Assembly: GCA_051362555.1 (NCBI GenBank)
Contig: CM120643.1
Coordinates: 26,726,848-26,790,847 of the forward strand
Length of the DNA: 64,000 bases
Direction of reading: 5' to 3'
DNA from: Lingula anatina
Lineage: Eukaryota > Animalia > Brachiopoda
Part shown: piece after piece, positions 22,973-35,988 of the stretch
How positions within the stretch are numbered: the stretch's first letter is position 1
Layout of the letters: each line of letters starts with the position of its first letter
Translations under genes and position numbers: made by a program
The notes under the pieces: model-generated
Told to the model about the DNA's origin: nothing
Databases searched by the model: none
The model's input: the letters and a program-made list of their open reading frames with translations, nothing else

Positions 22973-23007
<35 letters not shown>

Positions 23008-23736
23008 TTTTTATTCCCGCACTTTTGTGACAAAAGTCGTGGATCATGTTATTCCGTGCGTTTGTGCGTGAGTTCGTGCGTCCGAGTGTCCCTGCGCCTG
23101 GGCGTTTTGTAATTTCTGCTACATGTATTGCCGCCATGACTATTAGAGTGAGAAAGTTGAGACTTTGGGGATTGATAGACGCATCATCAGGGATGTCCAT
23201 GGCCCCGGTACTTCAGAATTTAAGTGCATCTGTGGCCGGGGCGGGCGATTCTTAATTTCTGTAATGTAATTTCAGCCATCTCCTCCGACAGTCAAGGGGG
23301 TGTTAAACCTTTTGGGCTTGATGAAAAGAGATATGGATGGGCAATTCAAAATTTGTGAGCGTGCACGTGGGGATTGGGCTGTCCCTAGGGGTTGGATTAT
23401 TCTTCTCTTTTGAATAAGCATTTTTCGTCGATACTTTTGCAGTCGTAATTATGAATATCATTTGCAATCATAAGAACCAATACTGGTACATAAAGTAACA
23501 ATGCATTGGCACGAATATCTAGGGAATGAGATTCCCGAGTGTGAGCTACTCAGCAGCAGTACAAGTAGTACGAACGCACCTATTCATATTTGGCTGTATA
23601 ACAAAAAATGTGTGAATGAGCATGATTAAGTTTTATTTATTTATATTTTATAGCTAATACCGATGCACCGTTGGGTACTTGTGTTCAGGCAATGGACATA
23701 AGCCCGCGTAGCCAGGATTCAGCCGAGAGCCAATAG
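22766..23736 (+). CDS. MGC-family paralog A2: predicted dually acylated 75-aa disordered microprotein
   Basis: Exon 22766-22910 MGCCARKYKKISPRQDDSPRGKPPAQGENKSQHSVQEVNETQNIVNTE|gtacgt joins in phase 1 to 23654-23736 (ANTDAPLGTCVQAMDISPRSQDSAESQ*). It lies in block 21360-24705, a diverged duplicate of 15900-19163. Confidence 0.6.
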
Positions 23737-26040
23737 CTTGTGGAAACTTGACTCGACGGCTACTGGGGATATCATGGATGACATGGGCTTGAACTGTTGA
23801 GGTCTTTATCATCATCATCATCATCATCATCATAAATAATAAAAAAACCTGAGGAGTTCGACAGACTTGTTATTCATGATAGGTCGTCACTGAAGTAGCT
23901 GAACATCACACACTAATGTGGAATGCGCAGGAATCGTGCAAAACCAGTCGTTATGAAGAATTTTCCAAAATCTTCACAAAATTAGGGACGGAATTTGAAA
24001 TTAGCTAATTACGGTAATGCCGAGGTCATTGTAGAGGCGAAATTAGATAAAATGCTGCTAGAATGAAAACCTTTTGTGTATATATATATAGGCCTATATA
24101 TATCCCAAATATTTTTGTAATCGGAGCTAAATTTTCGGATTTCTCTCAGATGCTGTGAAAATGTTTTGAATGGTGTTGGGAAGCTGAAAGAATATTTAGC
24201 ATGTAGCCATATTGCAGTTAGAATGTGTCCGCTATTTCTTCACTTGGAATGCACCTTAAATTTTATGAGCACATAAGCAATACAATCAGTCCAACCACAA
24301 AAATGGGTTCGAATATCTAGAATGCATTTAGAATTCTCAGAATGGTCCACGAGAATGCAAGGGAATTATTAAATAAGGGCGGTAATGGAGTGTTATTATC
24401 ATTGTCAATCTAATTTCAGACGTTTCCCTCATCTTAAAACGTGGCAATGCATTGTGATATTTAAAATCGTAGGGACTATACATGTACTTTGACATGATCT
24501 CCTTTTAATGTATTGTAATTATAGCTGTTATTGTCGTATGAATAGACATTAGCTTTTAGCATAGAGGATACTAAATGTTCATGAAAATAAACTGTCATTA
24601 GTATATGTTAATAAGAATATAATATTTTAAAAAAGAAAAGCCTGTCCCTTTTGTACCTCGCTCCACAAGCATCTCAAAACTGTTTACAATAGATGACAAC
24701 ATTTCAGGTGTCTGTCACGCCTACCGAATAAAGATAATTACCCCCTTACAGCTTTACTAGGCGTGACAGACATTGAAGCCGGTCAAGTTGACAGCAATTT
24801 AGTGAGACTCCTCAGGGAGATAGATCGATCCAAATATCTGTGGAAATGGTCCCTTTGAGACGGGAGTTTGGATTTTTTGCCACAATACAGGCTTGGTGTA
24901 GACGCTCTCGCCTTCCTGGGGTAGATGCAGCCCAGCTGCCGTATGAGTCGCAAAAAGTTACCTCATTAACGATATGGGAGCATTGTCATAGAGCTCTACG
25001 TCAGAGGCTGTAAGTACAGCTTTTTGGCTTTTATTTCTCCATTTACAGTTTATGACTTTGTGAGAAAATGAAATGACGCTGCGAGGTTAAACATTTTTAA
25101 CGTGACCAAAATCCATACATTTTTTGTTATTCCGTACCAGACTCATGTTGACCTACTAGTACTACCCTGGCACATCTCCACGTGTATTTGGGCCCTTTCA
25201 GAATAATTTGATCTGTGGACTTGCGTTACCTCCAGTCCCCTAATGGTCTCCCTGCCTACCACACACGTCTGGCCTGCATTGGTCCAGCAGTTAGACGGAT
25301 TTTATCTCAGCTCCAAGGTTATTTGCTACGAGAGTCTTAGCCTTAGATTGAAAAAAATCGTTCGCCAAGCGGTCACAAACCCGGTTTGACAACATCACCA
25401 TTGTTTATAGCCTTGCTGTTCTTGTTTAAGTCAATAAAATGCGTCAGTTCCTTTAATGATTTTTGGAAGCTTTCCGGTTGCTTTGTTGGCAGGTTACGTA
25501 TGTCTTAGGTAAGTGTCGACTTATCAAATTTTTTCGAGGAAATTACAATTGCATTGGATGTAAAAAGATAAATGGCTTTGATATGTTGCTTTTTGAATTC
25601 TGAAAAAAATGATCGTGGTGAGGATCTGGCTGTCAAGTATGCCTTAAACGTCAAGGTCCCTTAATTTGTTGTTGCTGTTATTGTTGTTGTTTTTCATTAT
25701 GGAAACAACTTGTATTAAGTCGGGAAGTGGCGCATTTCTTTTTTTTCATTGATAGAGGTCACGAGAGGATCACTGATGAGATGTATATGCACACGGTCAA
25801 CATATAAGATAATATATGAAATCTATCGCGTACCTAGCAACAGATGTAAGGGGAAGGAAGAATTACGCATGCGCATGATCAACCGTAAACCCAAAAGAAG
25901 CTTCACAGCTGGCTTCTGCTCAAATTTTTTATAATTATTTACGCTGAGTTAAATTTATCTTTACTTTTTCTCTTATACCCTATTGTGTTGTAAAATGGCT
26001 ATGATAAAAACACCTAATCCAGCCCAGGTAAGCATTTTAA

Positions 26041-26771
26041 GGACATTGTAACACTTAATTATCATCTAGATACCGAAAATGAGTTTTTTCTACATCTACA
26101 GGGGTAATTATCAATAATGCATCTGTCTTTGTGCTGATTTAAAACAATGAAAAACCCTCGGAAATATAAAATATCGATGTTTATGTTTTTTGTTGCAATG
26201 TATGAGCATAGGCAACTCAAAGCTTTCATCGTCAACTTAACACCTTTCTGAGGTGAGAAAGCAATCAGTATCAGGGATAACTACAGCCCTGAACAAGTTT
26301 TTATCACGGAAATTAAGAAAGTTGACCATGAATGTATAAGCTACAATCCCGTTCCGTTATTTTGGTTACACTGCTTTTTGTTATGGAGAAATGAGCCTCT
26401 AATTACAAATTTTCATTAGAAAAGGCATCATTTTGCCTTATCAACGATAAAATCTGAACTAAGACTTTTAAGAAAAATCGCTGGCACGGTTTTGGGGTAC
26501 TTAATGTCATTATAGCGGAGTTGAAACGTTGACCGTGGGTACTCAGGTAAAAGAGAGATTTCAGGAACCGATTTTCAGTTTTTACCCCAAAATCGCAATT
26601 ATGACGTCATCCGTAAGATGGCATACATGTACATGTGTACATGTTGATAAATATAGTCACTAACACTGAAGATTTATTTATTACCCAAAATAATGTATGT
26701 AGATTTATTTAATACCCAAAATAATGTATGTTACGCAGTAAATAAGTTTTGGGGGAAGGGTGACAATATCC
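26041..26771. mobile_element. Non-autonomous Kolobok-type DNA transposon
   Basis: ttaa|ggacattgtaac ... gtgacaatatcc|ttaa: TTAA TSD with imperfect 12-bp TIRs and GG..CC termini. Confidence 0.7.
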
Positions 26772-27864
26772 TTAAAGCACGTATTAATCATTTTGTTTGT
26801 TTTTGTCAAAAGGTTTCGGTGCTGGTAGCCTATTTATGCCTTTGTATTGACAGCCTTAACACTTTACACACGTGAAAAGGAAAGGACCTGAATGAAAAAA
26901 GGTCGAAGTGTAAAATAAAAATAAACAAATAAATAAACAATAAGATCTTGTTGTAAGCGTATTTTATCAGTATCAAAAGCACCGATTTTACATGAACATA
27001 AATTTATATTTTTAAATATTAAATTTAAATTTCTAAAATCATTGAACATATATAAAATGCCTAGGGTCCGAATGCACCGCTTATAATACTGGAAATCCTC
27101 TGATTCTATGCACTTATGGCCACAATTCTATGGAAACCTAATTATCTGTACTATAAATGGTTCACTACATGCAAGTATGCCATGCTTAAATACATCTGAA
27201 TAAATTAAACAAATATGCAAATTACATACACGGCAAACTTAATCTTATCAGTGTTATTAATGGTTCACTACAAGCTGTTACCAAGTTATGTACAGACTTT
27301 CATCCTGTTTTGTAATAACTAGAGAAAAATTCTGGTAGAGGATACACATTTTACTGCTAACGCAATGAATGGGCAATCATGTGCCTTATACTGTATATTG
27401 TCCACAAACTTGCTGGAGTGATTCAAAGCGTTTAGATATATGGGCAGTTCTAGTAACATTTGTATTGAAGTTATGCAGATTTAAACTTTTTTCCATTTTC
27501 ACAGATGAGAATTTTAAATGTGTGACATGGAAATCCCAATTGGACTAAAATCATGTGCCGGCTACATTTCCTGAAAACCACAGTAACAGTTGTATATATC
27601 CCTACATGTAGAAAAAATCTACGGCTATCATGCTGTTAAGCGTTTAGGTAAAATTACTTCATAATAAACTAATGGTAGACCCAATTTTGTGCACTGCCAT
27701 CTTTATTTTATTCTTATCGTTTGTATATTTGGAACTTTATTGCCCGGTTTTTTTATTTGTTTCAGATTTGTAAACAGTGGGTAAATAATTTTTCATGTAC
27801 TCAGTTAAAGGATTTCTTTTCATATATATTTTTCTCTTGAAACAGCATGCACAATAAATCCATC

Positions 27865-29972
27865 ATGGGTTGCGCATACTCCACACATATAATCACGTGC
27901 GGAGGGGGAGCCGCGGTCGATGGGACAAGAAACGAGGATACCGCTCCACTGTTAGCAAATCAACACCATATGAATTCAGATGGTACGAGATAAGTAGATG
28001 ATCAGGGTATAATCATGTCGAAAATGTCTGAATAGTTGCAATTGCATGCTATTATCAGAATTTGCACTCTCATATCTTTATAGATTTTTAGTGCTTCATT
28101 ACGTCCTCCTTCTCTCTCTCTCAGATACTGGAACTTTTTTGTAGTTACATGTATTTTATTTTGTTTTATTTCAGATTTAGTCAATGTTTAATAGCACGCA
28201 GCCCAACACCTAGAGCAACCCCTACAGGACAGAGTGGCAACTCGAACGGTGTGCCCAATGGCAACGCTTCTCAGTCATCACCAATACAAGAACCAGAACC
28301 AAGCCATGAGGATACACTTGTTAAGGGTACACAAGATGATCCTGGTATGATTGTGACGAAAAAAACATGCCTGAATTTCATTTCCATTTAAATGTATTTT
28401 CTTTTTGTTTTGTTTTGTTTGGTCAAAAGACAATTATCGACATAGGTTTTCTTTCTCTCTCTACCTCTCTCTCTCTCTCTGTCAGATTCTGGAACTTTTT
28501 TTATTGAAGTTACATGTATTTCACTTTATTTTGTTTCAGATTTGGTCAGAAATCGGATTAGGCTTTCTTTTTGTATACCCTTTACATGTATTTTTTTCTT
28601 TTTTAATAGCACGCAACCCAACACCTAGAGGTACCCCATCAGGACGGGGTGGTAACTCAAGTGTGCCCAATGGCAACGCTTCTCAGTCAACACCAATACA
28701 AGAACCAGAACCAAGCCGTGAGGATACACTTGTTAAGGGTATACAAGATGATCCTGGTATGAGTATGTCGAAAAAATATGTCAGAATTTCATTTCGATTT
28801 ACATGTTTTTTCTTTTTGTTTTGTTTCAAGTTTGGTCATTATCGAAATAGTTTTTTTTAATATACGTGTATTTTTTCTTTTTGAATAGCACACAGCCCAA
28901 CATCTAGAGCAACCCCACCCGAAGGGGAAGGCAATTCGAACGGTGGGTCAATGGGCAACGCGTCTCAGTCACGTGTACCAACACCAGCACCAATACAAGA
29001 ATCCGAACCAAACCATGACAATACACATGTTAAGAGTGCACTAGATGATCCTGGTATGATTATGTCGATGGCTGAATTTCATTTCGATTTACAATTGTTA
29101 TAGAAACTTGCACTGTCATATCTTTGTTGATTTAATCTCTCTCTCTCTCTCTTTCTCGTTTCTATTGCTTCTGATTTACGTCAGATATGCAAACATCTGC
29201 AATGGCATCCACTTTTATTGGTGATCAATATACAATGCATTATTAATATTTTCGTAATTCACACTGTTCTTATCAGCACAATGTTGCGGAACATTTCTCA
29301 TTTTGGTCAATTCTTTTGCGGATGACAACGAAGGTCCGAATCCCAAGAAATTTGTATCTTCAGCTCATCCTCATTGGTTAACAAGCGACAAGTTTCACAC
29401 TTTGTATTTATCTAAGCATGCGATGTTTAAACAAACATTATTTGTAGGGGTGTGTGGAGGAGGGTGGGAGTGTCAAAACCAGCAGACGATCTTAGAGCGT
29501 AAATACAACAGTCTTTCTGGGGTCATCTGTAAATTATTACCATTAACGAACACATACCCAATGCGATTTTTCTATTTGAAAGAAGAGGTGCAAATATCAT
29601 AAGTTTCTCAAAATTAGTGATGGTCTCAGGCGTTTATCAAGTAATCAGGGCCCGGTTGCACCAACCGGTCGTAAGTGAGGCGTAGCAGTTGCGCCGGCGT
29701 AAACCGGGCGCAAAATGCTACGCCCGAGAAAAGCCAGTTGCACCAAATTGGAGTAGTGTTTACGTCGGTCTTAACTTAGTCGTAAATTTACGCCTGCTAG
29801 TTAGGTGGAGTAAGTCGGTCGTAGCTCGTTTTCCACTATGGCTAGGCTGGCACAGAGAGAGTTTGATGACAATTATCGTAGTTGACGTAGATTATGTGGG
29901 TTGTTTTTTGTTTATTTCTTACACAAAACTTCCGTCTGTATAGCTTGGTTTTTAAAAAACTAATTTTATACA

Positions 29973-30018
<46 letters not shown>

Positions 30019-31085
30019 ATTATTAAATACATTATGTGTGTAGCCATGTACATGTACATGCATGTGTTCAAATTAAATCTTACCACTCATGTCGACACGC
30101 CTTGGCTCTCAGCAGTACGGTGTCTTTAATTCTTTTCACGATTTTTGACAAACCATAACTAACCATAGTCATTTTTTATTCACATTTTATATCATTCATA
30201 TTTTACTATATATAAACATAGAGACGAAAGCTTAAAATATCAACATTTTAAGGCTCATATAATATGTGTTAGGTCTCTTGTATTTCTCAATCTCCAAGAT
30301 GTAAGCTCGATTGAATTAAATGATACCTCACGGTGTAACCATAGATAAAAAAGGTCATGAAATTGTAGTAAAATTATAAAAAGAAAGCAATGCTGGCTTT
30401 TTTTGATTATTTTCAGACTCAAATGTTCCAATAACAAATGTGAAAGTGTTCAAATCCATTAATAGAAATATGTACTGCCTCCAACGCGTTTTTCTCATTT
30501 ACAACAGCATACTATAATAGCATACATAGCATACTATAATAATATTTTGATTCGGAATATATTTACGATTTTATTGCTATATATCCAAGGCAAAAGCAAA
30601 GTTAATGTATTTTAACGTTCTTATTTCTAAATCAAAATGGAATAATGTAGCTCATGAATTTCTCCGTCACTGAAATGCTCCTTTTGTGTTTATATATGTC
30701 ATCATTCCATTATGACTGCAGCTGAGAACTCCTCATTTGCCCAATTATACCATCCACGTATTGTTGGCCAGTGGCGCAACGGAGCGTTACTCGGGCGTAG
30801 TTACGACGATCAGTTTTTGTCTTGGTGCAACGGGCGTAAGCAGGGAGAGTAAACCTGGCGCACAGACGCCAGGCGTTGCTGTTTACGACAGTCGTAGCCG
30901 AGTAAATTTACGCCCTGTTGGTGCAACCGGGCCCAGTTTTTTTCTGGCCTAAGGGCACTTTAATAGAATGCACAAGAGTGTTGCAAGTCAACTTGGAACT
31001 TTAGACCTTAAAATACCTATAATTTATCCCATTTTTGACAGGTGATGCACGGATCCCTGTTCAGGAAACAAGCAAGAACAAATAA
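27865..31085 (+). CDS. MGC-family paralog B2: predicted acylated 207-aa Pro/Ser/Gly/Asn-rich protein with three tandem repeat exons
   Basis: Exons 27865-27982 (MGCAYSTHII..MNSD), 28195-28344, 28610-28756, 28889-29053 (150, 147 and 165 nt, all phase 1-1, ending DDP|gtatga) and 31042-31085 (GDARIPVQETSKNK*) give one open frame of 624 nt. Confidence 0.7.
29649..30933. mobile_element. Non-autonomous PIF/Harbinger-type element
   Basis: cag|ggcccggttgcaccaac ... gttggtgcaaccgggcc|cag, a 3-bp CAG TSD. The paralogous empty site is at about 20436-20470 (..gatcagttttgtctggc). Confidence 0.9.
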
Positions 31086-32316
31086 AATTGATTCGACAGC
31101 TACTGGGGATATCATGGATAACATAGGCGTGAAGAGTTTAACTTCTTTTTTCCTTCTTCTTCGTCTTCGTCATCATAAAAAGAATCTTTGGATTTCGACT
31201 GACTCTCTTTTTCTTTCACTGGGACCTTCACAACAAACATCACTGGATAAGTGGATGCCCAGAGTGGACATCTATAAGACAATATGTGACAGTACCTACA
31301 TGTATTCTGCAGGATTGAAATAGATTTATTTCATAATTAATCCAAAGAGGCAAATAAAACAACATTTTTTGCTTTGTTGCATAATTAGAACAATTATAAC
31401 AATCATTGAAGGTGGGACTAGATTAGCGCCAACCCTACCGAATAGAGGATTCGAAAAAGTCACATGGGATTTAAAATGTGAATGTTATTGCTGCGAATTT
31501 GCAGCAGGCCTGATATTTTGCTATGGGCGTTATTGAAGGTGGGGCAAGGTAGGCGCTATAGAAACGCCATGTCTACAAGCCTTGGGCTCTATGAATAAAG
31601 AGGCAGGGTGTATGGAGATGATCATCATCAGTTTTAATTATCATATTTAGCTTAAAATATATCAAAGCGCGCAGATCTCTTGTGATATTTTAAATCCTAT
31701 TTGATATGCCCTAATGTACTTTTACTTTTTGTATTTTTATTATTTACAAAATGTTCTACAATTGTTATTGACACATATTTTATTTTCCATCTACATTAAT
31801 TTTGTATCACAGTAATTAGCATCGTTTACATGGTATGGTTGTATATGTTATCAAAATAAAGTTTATGGAAAATTATTTATTACGACTCTGCTTTAGGATC
31901 GGGGCTTATAAACATGGAGTTTCAGAGTTTGCTCTAACATTTAACTTACAACTGAACTTGAGGGGTATTTTTGCATGTGAAAATAATAGTTTTTAGATTT
32001 GTTATTAAATAAATAAATAAATAAATAAGTGTATCTAATCACTGTATGATTAACTCGACCATACAGTGGTCATATAATAGTCAATTCCTGCTTCCAACAA
32101 AATCAAAACAAATTATGCAAAATTTCGTCAACGGCGAGGTTCAATGCAATGAACATAAAAAGTGTTGGACTCCTAGTTCCGTGTAATGCAATGTCAACTA
32201 AACATCTGCATTGGCTAACTAATTAATGCCAATTATGCATAACACGCTTCCTAAACCAGCAAGGGGGTAATTAATATTATCATGCGTGCCAAGCTCTCGG
32301 AAGCTCTTTAACTTAA

Positions 32317-33444
32317 AGGACAACTCAGTGGGTTAGATTAATGGATAGAAGCAGGTTCTATGTAAAACTTTGATCAGATTTGTGTTTTGGGAGATTGTTT
32401 ATTATTGTATGAATAAGTCTGGGTCACCAAAGTCCTGTTAAGACAACTAGAATAAAGAATTAGAAAACGAAAACTATTTATCATGATTTCGGAGCACAGC
32501 CAGAAGTACTTCCGGCTCAAGGTCACGACCTCGATTTTCCCACGCTTACGACCAATCACAGCAGACTTCAATCAGAATGAGATAGACGTCACGACTACAC
32601 AGCGAAACTTGTCAGACATGTAAGTGCCGCCTGTCCACCGATCAAAAACAGAAAACGTAAAGCCCAAAACGCTCTTATACACGTAACCAACTTTGTATGA
32701 GCACAAATATTGTCATTTATTGTGAACAGGATAATATGATCAGGGCCGTAGCCTGAGCAAAATGCCAGGGGGGGCAGTAAGCGGACACGAGGGGGCGAAG
32801 CTACCGAGGGGGGAGGGTGTGGTGTGTGAAATTCCAAATTCCAGGGGGGGGCAGCTGCCCCCCCTGCCCCCCCGGAGGCTACGGCCCTGATGATAATCAG
32901 ACACACTTGAGACCTGTGAAGCGCATACTCACGTGTCGAGGAGTAGTTTCGCCATTGCCTCGTATGTGAGTCCTAACTCAGCTTTAAGTGTCCTCCACCG
33001 CCCCACCTCCCTCCCAACATACACAGTCTGAGTGCTTCTTCGTCTGTCTCTAATTTTCTTTCGTATCTTTCGAACTGGAGTGGCTATTTTCTTTCGCCCC
33101 CTTTTGTCGCTCTCCTGTTCAGACTTGACGCGCGTCTGAGCCATGTTTGCTGTTTTGGCGCCAAATAGTAACATCCGGGTCTCAGCCGTAGTACTTCATT
33201 CATAGTAAACCGCGAGACTTAGCGAGAAATTGCGCGTTCTGAAGCCGTACTGTGAGGTGGTAGCTGAGTATTTAAGACGAGTCGTCTTTTATTATTTAAT
33301 GGAACTTAAAAACGGTATTAGGTAGCTTCATTTTCTGAACGGTTTTGGATAGGAAATACCTTGGTCATTATGGGGAAATTGGTGAGTTTTCCAGGAAAAT
33401 TCATTTTCGTGCTATTTTAAGGGTTTAACGCGCTGAGACTGTCT
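32317..33444 (-). mobile_element. Internally deleted Kolobok-type element retaining a first coding exon
   Basis: ttaa|aggacaactcag ... ctgagactgtct|ttaa. The internal exon 33144-32933 MAQTRVKS..RDRRRSTQTVYVGREVGRWRTLKAELGLTYEAMAKLLLD ends at a gtgagt donor. Confidence 0.7.
32741..32889. mobile_element. Small GC-rich MITE (CAGG..CCTG termini, hAT-like) nested in the Kolobok element
   Basis: cagggccgtagcc ... ggctacggccctg TIRs; similar element at about 53436-53605. No exact 8-bp TSD found. Confidence 0.7.
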
Positions 33445-33608
33445 TTAAAGAGGCGTATCAGAATATTAAGCTGATTACACTGAATGCACTTTAGCTATAA
33501 TCCACAGCCGAGTTGGATCGATCCAGCCATAATGATATGTTTATCTGAACGCACTCTTAGTGTTCTCTACTCTAATGCTAATACTTGTTAGCGAATGTTC
33601 AATGAATT

Positions 33609-34419
33609 CCGGTGTAACATAAAAATCTGACTCCCATGAAAATCTGACTCCCCTAGTTAAAATTTCATAATGAAAATCTGACTCCTCCTCACAAACCTTT
33701 ATAAATCTTATTTTATTTGAATATACAACTTTTTACTTGAAGTATGCATACTGAAGGATACATTGGCACTTTTTAAAAATTTCCATGAGGAAATAAGAAA
33801 ATAAAATATTTTTTCACCCAATGACTCGTAGAAAAGGATATGGAATTCCAAATCCTACAGTTTGTAAGATGAATACTTGTTTCAAAACTTATCAAGTTTC
33901 ACCAAAGTTTTCACCACCAAACTTTTAAATATTAACAAAATATACGTCACAATGCAAACCATGTGAAAAACAATGGTATGGTGACTTAAATCCCATGGGT
34001 ATGAATATAAAGATTTTTCATGATTATTTTTTTTATTTTTGCACCCAATATTTTACCTCCAAACTTTCAAATATTTCCAATATATTATTCATAAAGTATA
34101 CTAAAGGGACAAATGTTGAAATGATCACCATGTAAATATCAAATAAAAAGCTTTTTCAAAGGGGAGTCATTGGGTGATAAAATACACAATATTAATTTTC
34201 TTATTTTCTCATTAAAATTTTCACCTGGAAACTAACAAAAAGTGCAAATGCATTATCCATTATGCATACCACAATATAAAAATCATATACTCAAAATGAA
34301 ATAAGATTGATAGTTTTTTGGGGGGAGTCAAAATTTCATAGGGGAGAGTCACATTTTCATTATGAAAATTTGACTGGGGTGTCACATTTTGGGGGAGTCA
34401 GATTTTCATGGTACACCGG
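33609..34419. mobile_element. Foldback-like element with long imperfect inverted arms
   Basis: ccggtgtaacataaaaatctgactccc ... gggagtcagattttcatggtacaccgg, with subterminal repeats of aaaatctgactccc. Inversion symmetry extends inward (33811-33827 vs 34164-34183). Confidence 0.8.
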
Positions 34420-35280
34420 CGACTCTTCCATATCATCTCATTGATTTCCACCCTGGTCACCGCCAGAGGCATCCGGAGGGTCTCGTGGTGAGCCATAACC
34501 CGAATCCCTTGAAGCCCTCAGCTTATCTTTTCTATTCAAGGGGACACTCATGTTTCTGAAACATTCAAGGTGTTCACTGAATTTCCTATTTCTTTCGCGT
34601 TAAAACAGTAAAACTCAATGTTAAAGCCATACACTTTATAAAATGAGTCATAGATAAAAAATGATTTCTACAATGTTAATATCAATACGTTTATCACATT
34701 CAGCTATACATTCATTCTCCATTAACGTTATGAACTAATAACAGCTTTAAAGCAACCAATTAACTTGTTTGATTTCAGCTATCGTTCAGGGCAAAAAAAC
34801 GTTTGCATAGTTTCGAACAATTTTAAAAATTTTAAAAATGGATAGCAACTGATCGTATGAGATTAAAAACTCAAATAAATACGTTGTAAATAATTCAGAG
34901 AAATATAATGAATTCATTCTTCCACCAAAACAGCGGTTTATGTAATTATTTTGGTATCTGTGCCTGTCATCAGAGCAGGGGGATCATTATGGATTAATTA
35001 ACCTGGTATGGGAAATTCAACGTTTAACCCAGGAAAATCGATATTTTCGGCACACACACACACACATACACTCACACACACACATTTAGGCCTATACGTA
35101 CTGATAATTTTTCACATGTTGTGTCCCGCTTGCCCCACCTTCCATACCAGTTGTCCTGTTTTTGGTTCCCGCGCTTGGGGGACTGACTGTAATTAAATGT
35201 TTGGTGTACTATGCAAAGCATTTTTTACAAAAAATTCCTTTAGGGTACTATAAAACTCTATAGGACCTACCGCAGGTCCA

Positions 35281-35620
35281 TGTGGGGCTTTACCGGAATC
35301 CTACAGGACTGTAGGAATCCCACAGGGTTATATAGGAAGCTATGGGAATCCAACAGGACTGTATAGGAATCCAACAGGACTGTATAGGAATCCAACAGGA
35401 TTCTATGGGAACCCCACAGGACTGTATAGGAATCCAACAGGATTTTATGGGAACCCCACAGGACTGTATGGGAATCCCACAGGACTGTATAGGAATCCAA
35501 CAGGATTTTATGGGAACCCCACAGGACTGTATGGGAATCCCACGGAACTGTATAGGAACCCCATAGGACTGTATAGGAATCCCACAGGACTGTATAGGAA
35601 TCCCAAAGGACTCTATGGGA
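35281..35620. repeat. About 21-bp minisatellite (ggaatccmacaggactgtatr)
   Basis: Seen directly; it explains the repetitive ORFs at 35267-35776, 35290-35625 and 35342-35566. Confidence 0.9.
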
Positions 35621-35929
35621 CTCAATAGGAATTTTGTCAGGTGTATGTCCTTGACAGGGATACCACAAGGTATTGGATATAATTCTCATAGAGTCCCATG
35701 GAGTCTTATAGGATGACCTATGGGAAATTTTCGTATGGTTTCCATAGCCCCAACTCTCCTGGATAAAATTATCCATAAGTTGAGGTAGTTATTGGTCGCA
35801 GACATCTTGCCTTAAAGAATTGCCTTTGGTTAAAAACTTAAAAAGTACAATAATTGACGTTAAAGTTAGGGTCAATACGTACTAGGGAAGTGTTATATCT
35901 ATTAAATGATCAAAATGTCCCCCTAAAGG

Positions 35930-35979
<50 letters not shown>

Positions 35980-35988
35980 CAAACGTAC

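Noticed and set aside
23745-23870. SECIS element in the conserved 3' UTR motif
   Set aside because: No AUGA/GA quartet with correct spacing, and no in-frame TGA in the predicted coding sequences.
35267-35776. Repetitive ORFs of 169, 111 and 74 aa
   Set aside because: By-products of a 21-bp minisatellite open in several frames.
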